Both the position numbers and the translations under genes were made by a program. The notes below the pieces were generated by a model. That model was not told the DNA's origin and ran no database searches. It saw nothing but the letters and a program-made list of their open reading frames with translations. Below, piece after piece: positions 24,841-37,092 of a stretch of 39,570 nt of DNA (position 1 is the stretch's first letter; every line of letters begins with the position of its first letter). Source of the DNA: Opitutaceae bacterium (GTDB taxonomy: Bacteria > Verrucomicrobiota > Verrucomicrobiia > Opitutales > Opitutaceae). The DNA lies in assembly GCA_035648795.1 (NCBI GenBank), contig DASRKV010000032.1:1-39570 (forward strand), given 5' to 3'.

Positions 24841-26271
24841 TCACAGTGCGTGAAGAGCTGACTTGCTCACGGCCAAACCGGCTTCCTTGACCGCCTCGCT
24901 GAGGGTGGGATGGGCGTGAATGGTGCGGCCCAGGTCTTCGGCGCTGCCACCGTATTCCATATGGGCGACGACTTCCGCGATGAGTTCGGAGGCGCCACGA
25001 CCGATGATCTGCGCGCCGAGAATGCGGTCGCTCTTCGCATCGGCGACGATCTTCACGAAACCATCGATGGCGTCGGCGGCGAGGGCCCGCCCGTTGGCGG
25101 CAAAGAAGAACTTCCCGAGGCGCACGTCGATGCCTTTCGCCTTGGCGCCGTCCTCGCCGAGGCCGACCGCCGCGACCTCGGGATCGGTGTAGATGATCGC
25201 CGGCACCAGGTTCCAGTCGACATGACCGGATTTGCCGGCGATCCACTCGGCGACCGCGATGCCGTCTTCCTCGGCCTTGTGCGCCAGCATCGGCCCGGCG
25301 ACCACGTCACCGATCGCCCAAACCCCGGGGACGGACGTGCGCAAGTGGTCGTCGACCCGGATGCGTTTCTTTTCGTCGAGCTCGATGCCGACCTTTTCGA
25401 GCCCGAGATTCTCCGTGACGGGGTGGCGGCCGACGGAAACAAGGATCTTGTCCGCCGGGAACTCCATCGGCTTGCCCTCTCGTTCCGCGAGCAACACCGC
25501 CGGCCTGGCTCCCCGGGATGAAGGATTCGGCGCCGGTTCCTTCAACCCGGTGATCCGGGCGTTGACCTCGATCTTCAGGCCCTCCTTGGCGAGCAGACGC
25601 GTCAGCAGGCGCACGACATCGTCATCGTAACTGGCGGCGATCTTGGGGAGAAATTCGACCACCGTTACGTCAGAGCCGAGCCGGGACCACACGGAGCCGA
25701 GTTCGAGCCCGATGGCGCCGCCGCCCACCACGACGAGACGCTGCGGGACGGAATCGAACGCGATCGCCTCGTCGGAAGACACGACGGTCTGCCGGTCGAA
25801 GGGCAGGAAAGAGAGTTCGGCGGGGACGGACCCGGAGGCGACGACGATATTTCGCGCCGCGATTTCTGTCGTGGCACTACCGGGGCCTGAAGCGGTCACC
25901 ATGACCCTGCCATTGCCGGCCAGCGCGGCTTGACCGCTGAACACGGCGACCTTGCGCGCCTTCGCGAGTTGGGCGGCGCCGCCGACGAGCCTTTGGACCA
26001 CGCCGTCCTTTTTCTTCATCAACGTCGGCAGGTCGAGTCCGACCCCGGACAACAGGATGCCGCTGGCGGCGGCCTGGTTTTTAGCCCAGGCGAAATGCTC
26101 GCTCAGTTGCAGCAGCGCCTTGCTGGGAATGCAGCCGACGTTGAGGCAGGTGCCCCCGAGGGTCGGGCGTTTTTCGAGGAGAGCGACCTTGAGGCCGAGT
26201 TGCGCGGCGCGGAATGCGCACACGTAACCGCCGGGCCCGGCGCCGATGATGGCAACGTCAAATGAATCCAT
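24841..26271 (-). CDS. lpdA: Dihydrolipoyl dehydrogenase (E3)
   Basis: FDVAIIGAGPGGY (FAD), GGTCLNVGCIPSK (redox disulfide), NAD-binding VVVGGGAIGLE, C-terminal HAHPTLSE. Confidence 0.95.
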   Translation of the reverse strand: MDSFDVAIIGAGPGGYVCAFRAAQLGLKVALLEKRPTLGGTCLNVGCIPSKALLQLSEHFAWAKNQAAASGILLSGVGLDLPTLMKKKDGVVQRLVGGAAQLAKARKVAVFSGQAALAGNGRVMVTASGPGSATTEIAARNIVVASGSVPAELSFLPFDRQTVVSSDEAIAFDSVPQRLVVVGGGAIGLELGSVWSRLGSDVTVVEFLPKIAASYDDDVVRLLTRLLAKEGLKIEVNARITGLKEPAPNPSSRGARPAVLLAEREGKPMEFPADKILVSVGRHPVTENLGLEKVGIELDEKKRIRVDDHLRTSVPGVWAIGDVVAGPMLAHKAEEDGIAVAEWIAGKSGHVDWNLVPAIIYTDPEVAAVGLGEDGAKAKGIDVRLGKFFFAANGRALAADAIDGFVKIVADAKSDRILGAQIIGRGASELIAEVVAHMEYGGSAEDLGRTIHAHPTLSEAVKEAGLAVSKSALHAL

Positions 26272-26313
26272 AAGAAGAATCAGATGGTTTTGGTGGCCGC
26301 GCGCCGGTGGTTA

Positions 26314-26357
26314 GTGGCGGAGCCGGGGAGGCGCCGCTCGCTGGCGCTCGCAGCCAC
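26314..26357. repeat. Degenerate family-2 element
   Basis: GTGGCGGAGCCGGGGAGGCGCCGCTCGCTGGCGCTCGCAGCCAC contains the CGCTCGCTGGCGCTCGC core of family 2. It lies in the lpdA-sucB intergenic spacer. Confidence 0.4.
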
Positions 26358-26419
26358 CGGCCTCTGGCCACGAAAAGGCACGAGAAGTCACAAGAAAATG
26401 GGGCGATCCGTGGGAACAA

Positions 26420-27661
26420 TCACACGCTGAGCAGGAGCCGCGCGGGATCCTCGATGGCCTGCTTCAGACGCACGAGGAACGTCACCGCGTCGCGACCGTC
26501 AACGATCCGGTGGTCGTAGCTCAGCGCGACATACATCATCGGCCGGATGACCACCTGGCCACTCACCGCGACCGGGCGGTCCTGGATGGCGTGCATGCCG
26601 AGAATGGCGCATTGCGGCGCGTTGAGGATGGGCGTCGAGAGGAGGGATCCGAAGACGCCGCCATTGGTGATCGTGAAGACGCCGCCGTCGAGGTCGGCCA
26701 GCGTGATCTTGCCCTCGCGGGCTTTCTGGGCGGCGCCGGCGAGTTGCCTCTCGATCTCGGCGAATCCCACCCGTTCGCAGTCGCGCAAGACGGGAACCAT
26801 AAGGCCGCGGTCGGTGGAGACGGCGACGCCGATGTCGTAGAAATGGTTTTCGACCAGGGTGTCGCCCTCGATCTGGGCGTTGACGGTTGGGACCTCCTGC
26901 AAGGCGTGCACCACCGCTTTGACGAAGAATGACATGAAGCCGAGCTTCACGCCGTGTTTCCGGGTGAATTCCTCCTGGTGCCTCGCGCGGAGCTCGCGCA
27001 CCGCAGACATGTCGACCTCGTTAAAGGTGGTGAGCATCGCCGCGTCGTGCTGGGCCTGCACGAGGCGCTGGGCGAGCCGCAGGCGAAGGGGCGAGAGCTT
27101 CCGGCGGGTCGTTCGATTTGGGAAAGTGGAAACCGGAGACCGGATAGGTTCTGCCGGAGACTGGATAGGTTCTGGCTGAGGGCGGACAGGCTCGGTGGAT
27201 GCCTTTCCGGTATCCGGTAGCTGGTGTCCGGTTTCCGCCGCCGCCAGCATGTCGCTCTTGGTGACGCGGCCTCCCTTGCCCGTGCCGGCCACCGCGGCGG
27301 GATCGACCCCGCTTTCGGCGGCAAGACGGCGGACCGACGGAGGAACCGGGACATCGGACGCGGGCGCCCGGACCGGTCCGGTTGGAACCGCGGCGCCGGA
27401 TGCTCCCGTGTCCTGCGTGTGCTCCCCTGTTTCGATCACGGCGACCAACTGGCCGATCTTGACTTCGGCGCCAGCGGCCACCTTGAGCGCGACGCGCCCG
27501 GCGGCTTCGGCCGTGCCTTCCGTGGTGATCTTGTCCGTCTCCAATTCGAAGAGCGGCTGATCCTTCTTCACGAAGTCACCCTCTTTCACGTGCCATTTGG
27601 CGAGCACGCCGCCGGTGATCGATTCGCCCAGGGAGGGGATCTTGACGTCGAGGGTGGGCAT
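26420..27661 (-). CDS. sucB: Dihydrolipoyllysine-residue succinyltransferase (E2 of 2-oxoglutarate dehydrogenase)
   Basis: Lipoyl domain with the ELETDKIT lysine, a Pro/Ala/Ser-rich linker, an E3-binding segment, and a catalytic domain ending [17 protein letters not shown]. Confidence 0.93.
   Translation of the reverse strand: MPTLDVKIPSLGESITGGVLAKWHVKEGDFVKKDQPLFELETDKITTEGTAEAAGRVALKVAAGAEVKIGQLVAVIETGEHTQDTGASGAAVPTGPVRAPASDVPVPPSVRRLAAESGVDPAAVAGTGKGGRVTKSDMLAAAETGHQLPDTGKASTEPVRPQPEPIQSPAEPIRSPVSTFPNRTTRRKLSPLRLRLAQRLVQAQHDAAMLTTFNEVDMSAVRELRARHQEEFTRKHGVKLGFMSFFVKAVVHALQEVPTVNAQIEGDTLVENHFYDIGVAVSTDRGLMVPVLRDCERVGFAEIERQLAGAAQKAREGKITLADLDGGVFTITNGGVFGSLLSTPILNAPQCAILGMHAIQDRPVAVSGQVVIRPMMYVALSYDHRIVDGRDAVTFLVRLKQAIEDPARLLLSV
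27133..27174. repeat. 21-bp tandem duplication inside the sucB linker
   Basis: CCGGAGAC[C/T]GGATAGGTTCTG occurs twice. It encodes [14 protein letters not shown] in the flexible linker. Confidence 0.6.
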
Positions 27662-27776
27662 GAGCGGAAGAACGAAATCCGGAAGTCGCCGGGCAGAAAT
27701 CGAGGGAGACGGGATTGGAGATTCGCCCGTTGCCCCTGTTTTTCAAGATTATCTCAGACGGGAATCTGCAATTGGA

Positions 27777-27842
27777 TGGAGGGCGGGACCGCCGGATGCC
27801 GCCGCCTCCCGACCCGGCGGGGTGCGGCGACCCCGCCCTACA
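27777..27842. repeat. Family-1 palindromic element, third copy (sucA-sucB spacer)
   Basis: TGGAGGGCGGGACCGCCGGATGCCGCC...GGCGGGGTGCGGCGACCCCGCCCTACA. Confidence 0.65.
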
Positions 27843-27905
27843 ATGCCGCGCGGGACAGTTAGCAGAAATACGTATAAGAATTGTCCCGACTGCATGAGGT
27901 TGATC

Positions 27906-30683
<2,778 letters not shown>

Positions 30684-30900
30684 GGGAGTGTTCCGGCTAT
30701 GAGCATTAGGCCAACGATAGGCAATTTGGCCGCGGGCTCAGGGCCAAACGACGGATCGAAGCCTGGCTAATCACGCTGCACAGTGCCATCACTAAGGCTG
30801 ATGCCACGGGACTGGTGCTCCGACTGGATAAAGGCCCCCAGCCGGCCCCATGCTGTTGTCGGAGCAAGCTGGTTCGCGATTACCGAGGGAAGATCGCTTG

Positions 30901-31035
30901 TCCCTCGACGGTTTCGACAAGCTCACCGCGAGCATGCTCGGGACCCTGACCCGTTCGACGGTGCTCAGGGTCATCCTGAGCGACTCGACTGAGCTCGTCG
31001 AAGTCCTGTCGAAGGATGAGCCTGTCGAACGGGCA
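30901..31035. repeat. Complex palindromic element in the sucA upstream region
   Basis: Imperfect 23-25-nt inverted arms (CCCTCGACGGTTTCGACAAGCTC ... GAGCTCGTCGAAGTCCTGTCGAAGG) enclose nested hairpins (GACCCTGA/TCAGGGTC, CTCAGG/CCTGAG). Conceptual translation gives FDKL... and ...LSKDE strings, as in widely dispersed bacterial REP-type repeats. Confidence 0.45.
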
Positions 31036-31092
31036 AGCAGGCTCCTACACCGGTCATTAAATGAGGGAGACCATGGTTCTTTTACTTGCTGG

Positions 31093-32253
31093 CTACGGCT
31101 CCACGATGACCGGCAGTCCCACCCAGGCCAGACCCAGGAGTGTCCGCGCGTCCCAGTTGGCGAGCCGGAAGCAGCCGTGGGATTCGGTGCGGCCCACGAG
31201 TTCCGGGGTAGGGGTGCCATGGATACCGTAGCCGGGGCGGTCGAGCCCGATCCACGCCACGCCGACCGGGTTGTTGGGACCCGGCGGAAGGACCAGTTTG
31301 CGCCCCAGTTCCCGGGCCTCCGCGGACTCGGAAAACACGTCGGGATCAAACGTGTAATCAGGATTGGGAATCACTACGGTCACATGCAGTTCGCCCGCCG
31401 GCCGCTTGGCGACCTCGCGCGCGATGCTGACCGGAAAGTGCGCGAGCAGGTTGCCGGCGTCATCCCGGACTTCCAGAATGTGATCCTCCAGACTGATGTG
31501 GAGCAGGGCCGCCTTGCCCGGCAGCGCAACGGGCCCCACCGCGGGGGCCAGCACGGTCGTCGCGGGCGTGATGGCGGTCCAGTCGAGCGCCGGGTTGAGT
31601 TGCTGGAGGAGCGCGGGATGGGCATGCGTCCGCTCCGCCGCCATCTCGAGGGCATTTTCATAAGCGAGGGCGGTCTGCTGGGATTTGCCGAGCCAGGTCG
31701 GGCTGAGCGGCTGCAGACCGGCCAGATCCCCGGTCGTGAGCGATATCCGGGCCAGGGGCGGAGCGGAGAGAACCAGGCGGCCGCGAGTCTCCGCGTCAAG
31801 CTGACCGGTCGGCGGAAGTCCGGCGCTCTCCTGAAAGGCCCGCAGGGCGGCGATCGATTGGGAGCCGGCGACCCCGTCGATCGGTCCGCAGGAGAATGCC
31901 CGGCGCGCGAGCTCAATCTGCGCCTCCAGCCATGTCGCGACTGGACGCGGATACGCCTCGACCGGGATCGCAACGGCCGGGTCTTCGCGCGGAAGCTGAG
32001 CGGGCTTCGAGGAAGGTGGGGCCGGGGCGGGGGAAGGCGGCTTTGGGCGCGCCGCGGTCCCTGTCACCGGCACCGCTTCAACGATCTTGACGGCTGTGTC
32101 GGGGCTGGATCGCGCGGAGTGGCGGGAGACGAACTGGTACTTCAGCTCGCCGCCGATCGCGAGAAAGAGGACGAACAAAATGATCAGCCCTTTGTGGTCG
32201 GATTTGCCGGCGGCGCTCATGGGCGGAGTTGGTTGCGGCATCTGGGCTAACAT
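31093..32253 (-). CDS. L,D-transpeptidase (YkuD domain) with peptidoglycan-binding domain
   Basis: N-terminal TM anchor and a Pro-rich spacer. PG-binding-1-like segment: GPIDGVAGSQSIAALRAFQESAGLPPTGQLD. Catalytic block: GYGIHGTP...SHGCFRLANWD. Confidence 0.9.
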   Translation of the reverse strand: MLAQMPQPTPPMSAAGKSDHKGLIILFVLFLAIGGELKYQFVSRHSARSSPDTAVKIVEAVPVTGTAARPKPPSPAPAPPSSKPAQLPREDPAVAIPVEAYPRPVATWLEAQIELARRAFSCGPIDGVAGSQSIAALRAFQESAGLPPTGQLDAETRGRLVLSAPPLARISLTTGDLAGLQPLSPTWLGKSQQTALAYENALEMAAERTHAHPALLQQLNPALDWTAITPATTVLAPAVGPVALPGKAALLHISLEDHILEVRDDAGNLLAHFPVSIAREVAKRPAGELHVTVVIPNPDYTFDPDVFSESAEARELGRKLVLPPGPNNPVGVAWIGLDRPGYGIHGTPTPELVGRTESHGCFRLANWDARTLLGLAWVGLPVIVEP

Positions 32254-32499
32254 GCCGCCGATGTTTTAGCCCGCAAATTTCATGGAGTCGCGACGCCCCC
32301 GTCGCGTTGCGCTCGCAGACCATCGGCGATGACGCCGGGGCATCAGTTTGAGGTGAGGCGCCTGCCCTGGCCTCGGTCAGCCGCCGGCCCGCGGCTCATC
32401 CCGCAAATCCGGCTATGTTCTGCGGCGGCGCCTCCGGTTTTCATATCGCCCGCAAAATATTATTCGACTAACGCTAAACAATGCCTAAAAGATAGTCTT

Positions 32500-35079
32500 A
32501 TGCCATGGTGTAAGTACTCTTATGTCAACTTTGCGGGCGGGGTGGCAGGGCTCTGCCTTGTTGGGACGGCGGTCGGTTTTGCCAGACCCATCGTGGACGA
32601 GGCGAAAGCCCTGGGGAAAACGCCGGCCGATTTTCCCGCCGCCAGCTACGACTATTTCCATGACATGGATATGGTCGCGGACGGTCACGGCGGCTTGCGC
32701 CCGCTGGACCTGACGGAAGACGAGATCAAGGGTCGCAACACCTGGTTGATGTGGTGCGGCGGCAACGAGGTCTTCTGGGATTGGCTCGCCGGCAACAGCT
32801 ATGGGTTCATGGACCTCTTGAAGCTGGTCGATTTCTCCCCGCGCGACCCGTGGGGAGGGAAGCGTTTCGGTCCGGCGGGCCTGATCATCGAGCCGGGCAC
32901 CAAGGCGCCGGACCAGCCGGATCAATTCGGTCTGTACATTCGCGTGGCCGAAAATCCCACCGCGCCGCAGCCGCGCCCGGACGTCTATGGTTATTCATCC
33001 GGGATGGTCGGTCTGCGGCTTTTCCCCAATCCCCAGTTCGACGAACCGGCGCGGAAGAAGTGGGATCCCGAAAGGTACCGCGCGGATGAAGCCTATTTTA
33101 CCAACCCGCAACTGATCCGCCCGTATCGCGTGGGGATGACGTGCGCGTTTTGTCATGCGGCGCCGCATCCGCTCAACCCCCCGGCGAATGTCGAGGCGCC
33201 CCAGTGGGCCAACCTGTCGTCGAACATTGGCGCCCAGTATTTCCGGACGCGGGCGGTTTTCGGCAATCTGCTGACGCCGGATAGCTTCGTGTACCATCTG
33301 CTGGACAGCCAGCCGCCCGGCACGATCGACACCTCGCTCGTCGCCTCCGACAATATCAACAACCCGAATACGATGAACGGGATTTGGGACGTGGCGGCCC
33401 GGCTGGATCGCTCGGGCCTGACGGTGCATCGCGATCCGGCGTATGCGGCGGCCTACCAGGCCCGCTACGGCCACAATACGTTCGAGCAGGTTTCCACCGC
33501 CTCCGCATATCTCCCCATCGTGCTGGCGGGGGCCCCCGACGCGCACGCCAATCCGCGGCCGGTGCCGCACGTGCTGCTGGAGGGCGCCGACTCGGTGGGT
33601 ATCTGGGGGGCGCTGGCCCGCGTCTATCTGAACATCGGCACGTTTTCGGAACGATGGATCACGCTGCACAATCCCCTCGTAGGTTTTCGGAAGCAGCAGC
33701 CGTTCAGGATCGCGGATAGCGAGGAGAACTCCGTCTACTGGCAGGTCAACCGGCTGCGCGTGGAGTACCTGGCGAAGTTCTTCCTCAAAGCGACGGCGCC
33801 GATGCACCTGAAGGACGCTCCCGGCGGAAGCGTCTACGTGAAAGGCGAGGGGGTTTCCTGGGCGCCGGAACTCGCACCCGGGCGGAAGGTCTTCGCGGAA
33901 CACTGCATCATCTGCCATTCCAGCAAGCAGCCCAACGGCCGCGACGGCATGCCAAAGGGCCCCGAGGCGATTCCCGGCGATCAGTTGCTCAACCAATTGA
34001 AAGACCCGGGCTACCGCCAGTGGGCGCTGGCCGAGGTCGAAAAGCGGGATTTCTGGGAGGATAATTTCCTCTCCAGCGAGGTCCGCGTGCCGGTGACGGT
34101 GATCAAGACGGAGGCGGGCCGTTCCATGGCCAGCAATGCCGTCGCCGGCCACATCTGGGAGGACTATTCCTCTGACACGTACAAAGAGCTCCCCTCCGTG
34201 GGGCAGATCACCTACTGGAATCCTTTCACGCAAAAAGACGAGCCGTGGACGGCGCCGGCCGGGGGCCGCGGCTATTACCGGCCGCCAAGTCTGGTGAGCG
34301 TCTGGGCCACCGCGCCGTACCTGCACACCAACACCGTGGGCTTGTTTAACAACGACCCGTCGGTCAAGGGACGCATGGAGGCATTCGCAGACGGGATTCA
34401 CCGGCTGCTGACGCCGGGCAAGACGGACGAGGAGGCGGCGGCCCGGCGGTGGAACATGGGGCCGCCCCGCGATTTCGATCATCTCATCAACCAGGCCACG
34501 GCGGAGCGTTATCTGCAGGATCATGGCCTGATCTGGCGCACGCCGACCGCCACGCGCCTGCACATTCCGGCGCGCAGCGTGCGCGGACTCCTCGCGGGCG
34601 TGACCATGGGCCCGCTGCGATTCGTGGTGGATCACCCCTGGATCCCGCCGGCAGTGCTGCTGCTGATCGCGCTGCTCGTTTTGCTGACGAGCGACGGGAT
34701 CACATGGCGGCGGAACGCCGGCTACTTGATTATTCTCGTGGCAGTCGTCGCGGGCTTTGGGGCGAACTTCATTGCGGGCCGATTCGGGGATTTGAATGTC
34801 GGGCCGATTCCGGCCGGCACTCCCGTCAATCTGTTGGCCAATGTTAATCCCGAAGACGCCCGGATGCCGGGCAACGTTCGGGCGGTGATCAAACGTCTGG
34901 CGGCGTTGAAGGAATCCGCGACGCCGGAAGAGCGGCAGCAGGCCCTGAACGACGTCGCCAATCAACTGCTCGCGATCAGCAACTCGCCGGATCTGGTGAT
35001 GGATCGCGGCCACTACTTTGGCCGGGACCTCACCGATCAGGAACGGAACGATTTGATCGAATTGCTGAAGACGTTTTGA
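32500..35079 (+). CDS. Membrane-anchored di-haem c-type cytochrome protein (cytochrome-c-peroxidase/MauG-like features), function unknown
   Basis: Start taken at ATG 32500 (MPWCKYSYVNFAGGVAGLCLVGTAVGFA, signal anchor), preceded by an A/T-rich patch. Two CxxCH motifs: CAFCH at 33142..33156 and CIICH at 33904..33918. Two hydrophobic helices lie near the C-terminus. The C-terminal DRGHYFGRDLTDQERNDLIELLKTF resembles the end of the di-haem peroxidase family. Confidence 0.8.
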   Translation: MPWCKYSYVNFAGGVAGLCLVGTAVGFARPIVDEAKALGKTPADFPAASYDYFHDMDMVADGHGGLRPLDLTEDEIKGRNTWLMWCGGNEVFWDWLAGNSYGFMDLLKLVDFSPRDPWGGKRFGPAGLIIEPGTKAPDQPDQFGLYIRVAENPTAPQPRPDVYGYSSGMVGLRLFPNPQFDEPARKKWDPERYRADEAYFTNPQLIRPYRVGMTCAFCHAAPHPLNPPANVEAPQWANLSSNIGAQYFRTRAVFGNLLTPDSFVYHLLDSQPPGTIDTSLVASDNINNPNTMNGIWDVAARLDRSGLTVHRDPAYAAAYQARYGHNTFEQVSTASAYLPIVLAGAPDAHANPRPVPHVLLEGADSVGIWGALARVYLNIGTFSERWITLHNPLVGFRKQQPFRIADSEENSVYWQVNRLRVEYLAKFFLKATAPMHLKDAPGGSVYVKGEGVSWAPELAPGRKVFAEHCIICHSSKQPNGRDGMPKGPEAIPGDQLLNQLKDPGYRQWALAEVEKRDFWEDNFLSSEVRVPVTVIKTEAGRSMASNAVAGHIWEDYSSDTYKELPSVGQITYWNPFTQKDEPWTAPAGGRGYYRPPSLVSVWATAPYLHTNTVGLFNNDPSVKGRMEAFADGIHRLLTPGKTDEEAAARRWNMGPPRDFDHLINQATAERYLQDHGLIWRTPTATRLHIPARSVRGLLAGVTMGPLRFVVDHPWIPPAVLLLIALLVLLTSDGITWRRNAGYLIILVAVVAGFGANFIAGRFGDLNVGPIPAGTPVNLLANVNPEDARMPGNVRAVIKRLAALKESATPEERQQALNDVANQLLAISNSPDLVMDRGHYFGRDLTDQERNDLIELLKTF

Positions 35080-35149
35080 CGGTTTTGGAGGGCGCGGCGC
35101 CGGTGGACCGGGAATCGCGCCGGCCCCCGTCATCCAGCCTCCCTGCGCC

Positions 35150-37078
35150 ATGCCTGTTTTACCGCCGACCTCGCGCCCACCCGATGCGGAATGCGATTTC
35201 ATCATTGTGGGCTCGGGCGCCGGCGGCGGACCGCTCGCCGGCAATCTGGCGCGGCGGGGCTTCCGGGTGTTGGTGCTCGAGGCGGGCGGTTGGGACGAAC
35301 CGGAAGTCTGCCAGGTTCCCGCGTTTCACGCGCACGCCTCCGAGCACGCGGAAATCAGCTGGGAGTTCTTCGTCAAACACTACGCCCATCCGCGCCAGCC
35401 GGATTCGAAATGGGATGCGGCCCGCGACGGCGTGTTCTATCCGCGCACCGCCACCGTGGGCGGATGCACGATGCACAACGCGATGATCACGCTCTGCGGG
35501 CCGGGCGGGGACTGGGACGAGATCGCCGGGCTGACGGGCGATGATTCCTGGAACAGCTTCCGCATGCGCGAATACTTTGAGCGGCTCGAACGCTGTGGTT
35601 ATTCGCCCCGGCCGAAGGAGTCCCGCCGGTCAATTCTCAACTGGATCGGCCGGCTCCTTGGGCTGCCGCCCGACGGCAATCCCGGACGCCATGGGTTTGA
35701 CGGCTGGCTGACGACGACGATGGCCGATCCCCGCATCGCCATCAGAGATCCGGAGTTGCTCGCCCAGATCCTCGCGGCATTCGCCGTGGCCGAGGCCGCT
35801 GATTTGGTCGATGGCCGGAGAATCGTCGCCGCCGCCCTCGCGAATCGGCTGGTCGCCCCGGTCGATCCGAATGACTGGCAGACCATGCAACGGAACGCGG
35901 AGGGCCTGGCACTGATCCCGATCGCGGTGCGCGACGGGCGGCGCAATGGTCCCCGCGACTTTCTGCGACAGGTGCAGCAGGAGTTTCCTGACCGGCTGAC
36001 GATCCAGACCCACACCCTGGTCACTCAAATCCTCTTCGATCGCGAACCCGGCGCCCCCGGCGTGCCAACGGCGGTGGGCGTGCGCTACCTGAAAGGGAGG
36101 CATCTCTACCGAGCCCACCCGGAGCCGAGTGCCAGCGCCGGCGAGGACGGCGAGGTCCGCTGCCGACGCGAGGTGGTTTTGTGCGGCGGGGCCTATAATA
36201 CGCCGCAGTTGCTCAAATTGTCCGGAATCGGCCCGGCCGACGAGTTACGGAGGTTTTCCATTCCCGTGCGCGTTCATTTGCCGGGCGTCGGCACCAATCT
36301 GCAGGACCGGTACGAACTCGGCATCATTTCGGAAGCGCAACGCGATTTTCCCCTGTTGCAGGGATTGAGCATGGGGGAGCCCGGCCCCGGCCGCGCGCCC
36401 GACCCCGCGTTGGAAGAGTGGCGGGCGAAAGGGACCGGCCTTTACGCGACCAATGCGGCCATCCTGGGATTAATGAAGAAATCGCGTCCCGATCTGCCGG
36501 CGCCGGATCTCTTCATTTTTGCCCTGCCGGGCTATTTCAAAGGCTACTACCGGGGCTATTCCCGGGACATCGCGAAGGCGCATAACGTTCTGACCTGGGC
36601 GATTCTGACCGCCCGCACCCTCAACCGTGGGGGCTGCGTCCGGCTGCGTTCGACGGATCCGCGAGACCCGCCGGAAATCAATTTTCACTATTTCCACGAA
36701 GGCACGGACGTCCAACAGGAGGACATGGACGCCATGGTCGAGGGCGTGAAGTTTGTTCGTGAGATCAACCGCCGGGCCACGGCGTTGGGCGCGCTCAAGC
36801 GGGAGGTCTGGCCGTCGCCGGACGTGGCGGACGACCAGGCGATTCGCGCGTTCATCGCGCGGGAAGCCTGGGGGCATCATGCCTCCTGCTCGTGTCCGAT
36901 CGGCGCCCACGGCGATCCCATGGCCGTCCTCGACAGCCGGTTTCGCGTGCGGGGCGTGAGGAGCCTCCGCGTGGTCGACGCGTCGGTCTTCCCGCGGATT
37001 CCCGGCGTCTTCATCGTGACGAACATCTACATGGTGTCCGAAAAGGCGAGCGACGTGATCGCCTACGACAACGGTTAG
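35150..37078 (+). CDS. GMC (glucose-methanol-choline) family FAD-dependent oxidoreductase
   Basis: DFIIVGSGAGGGPLAGNLA...VLVLEAG (FAD ADP-binding). GMC signature regions: VGGCTMHNAM, EVVLCGGAYNTPQLLKLSGIG. C-terminal active-site region: GHHASCSCPIG...VLDSRFRVRGVRSLRVVDASVFP. No signal peptide. Confidence 0.92.
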   Translation: MPVLPPTSRPPDAECDFIIVGSGAGGGPLAGNLARRGFRVLVLEAGGWDEPEVCQVPAFHAHASEHAEISWEFFVKHYAHPRQPDSKWDAARDGVFYPRTATVGGCTMHNAMITLCGPGGDWDEIAGLTGDDSWNSFRMREYFERLERCGYSPRPKESRRSILNWIGRLLGLPPDGNPGRHGFDGWLTTTMADPRIAIRDPELLAQILAAFAVAEAADLVDGRRIVAAALANRLVAPVDPNDWQTMQRNAEGLALIPIAVRDGRRNGPRDFLRQVQQEFPDRLTIQTHTLVTQILFDREPGAPGVPTAVGVRYLKGRHLYRAHPEPSASAGEDGEVRCRREVVLCGGAYNTPQLLKLSGIGPADELRRFSIPVRVHLPGVGTNLQDRYELGIISEAQRDFPLLQGLSMGEPGPGRAPDPALEEWRAKGTGLYATNAAILGLMKKSRPDLPAPDLFIFALPGYFKGYYRGYSRDIAKAHNVLTWAILTARTLNRGGCVRLRSTDPRDPPEINFHYFHEGTDVQQEDMDAMVEGVKFVREINRRATALGALKREVWPSPDVADDQAIRAFIAREAWGHHASCSCPIGAHGDPMAVLDSRFRVRGVRSLRVVDASVFPRIPGVFIVTNIYMVSEKASDVIAYDNG

Positions 37079-37092
37079 TTAGGGATCCACCG

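Noticed and set aside
30850-32250. + ORF of 466 aa
   Set aside because: It is antisense to the L,D-transpeptidase gene and also runs through the palindromic element upstream of sucA.
32329-32499. Upstream 57-codon extension of the di-haem protein ORF
   Set aside because: The extension is Arg/Pro-rich and non-hydrophobic. The ATG at 32500 is followed directly by a signal-anchor helix and preceded by an A/T-rich promoter-like patch.
32995-35244. Minus ORF of 749 aa
   Set aside because: It is antisense to the di-haem protein gene. It is Arg/Gly/Pro-rich with no motifs.
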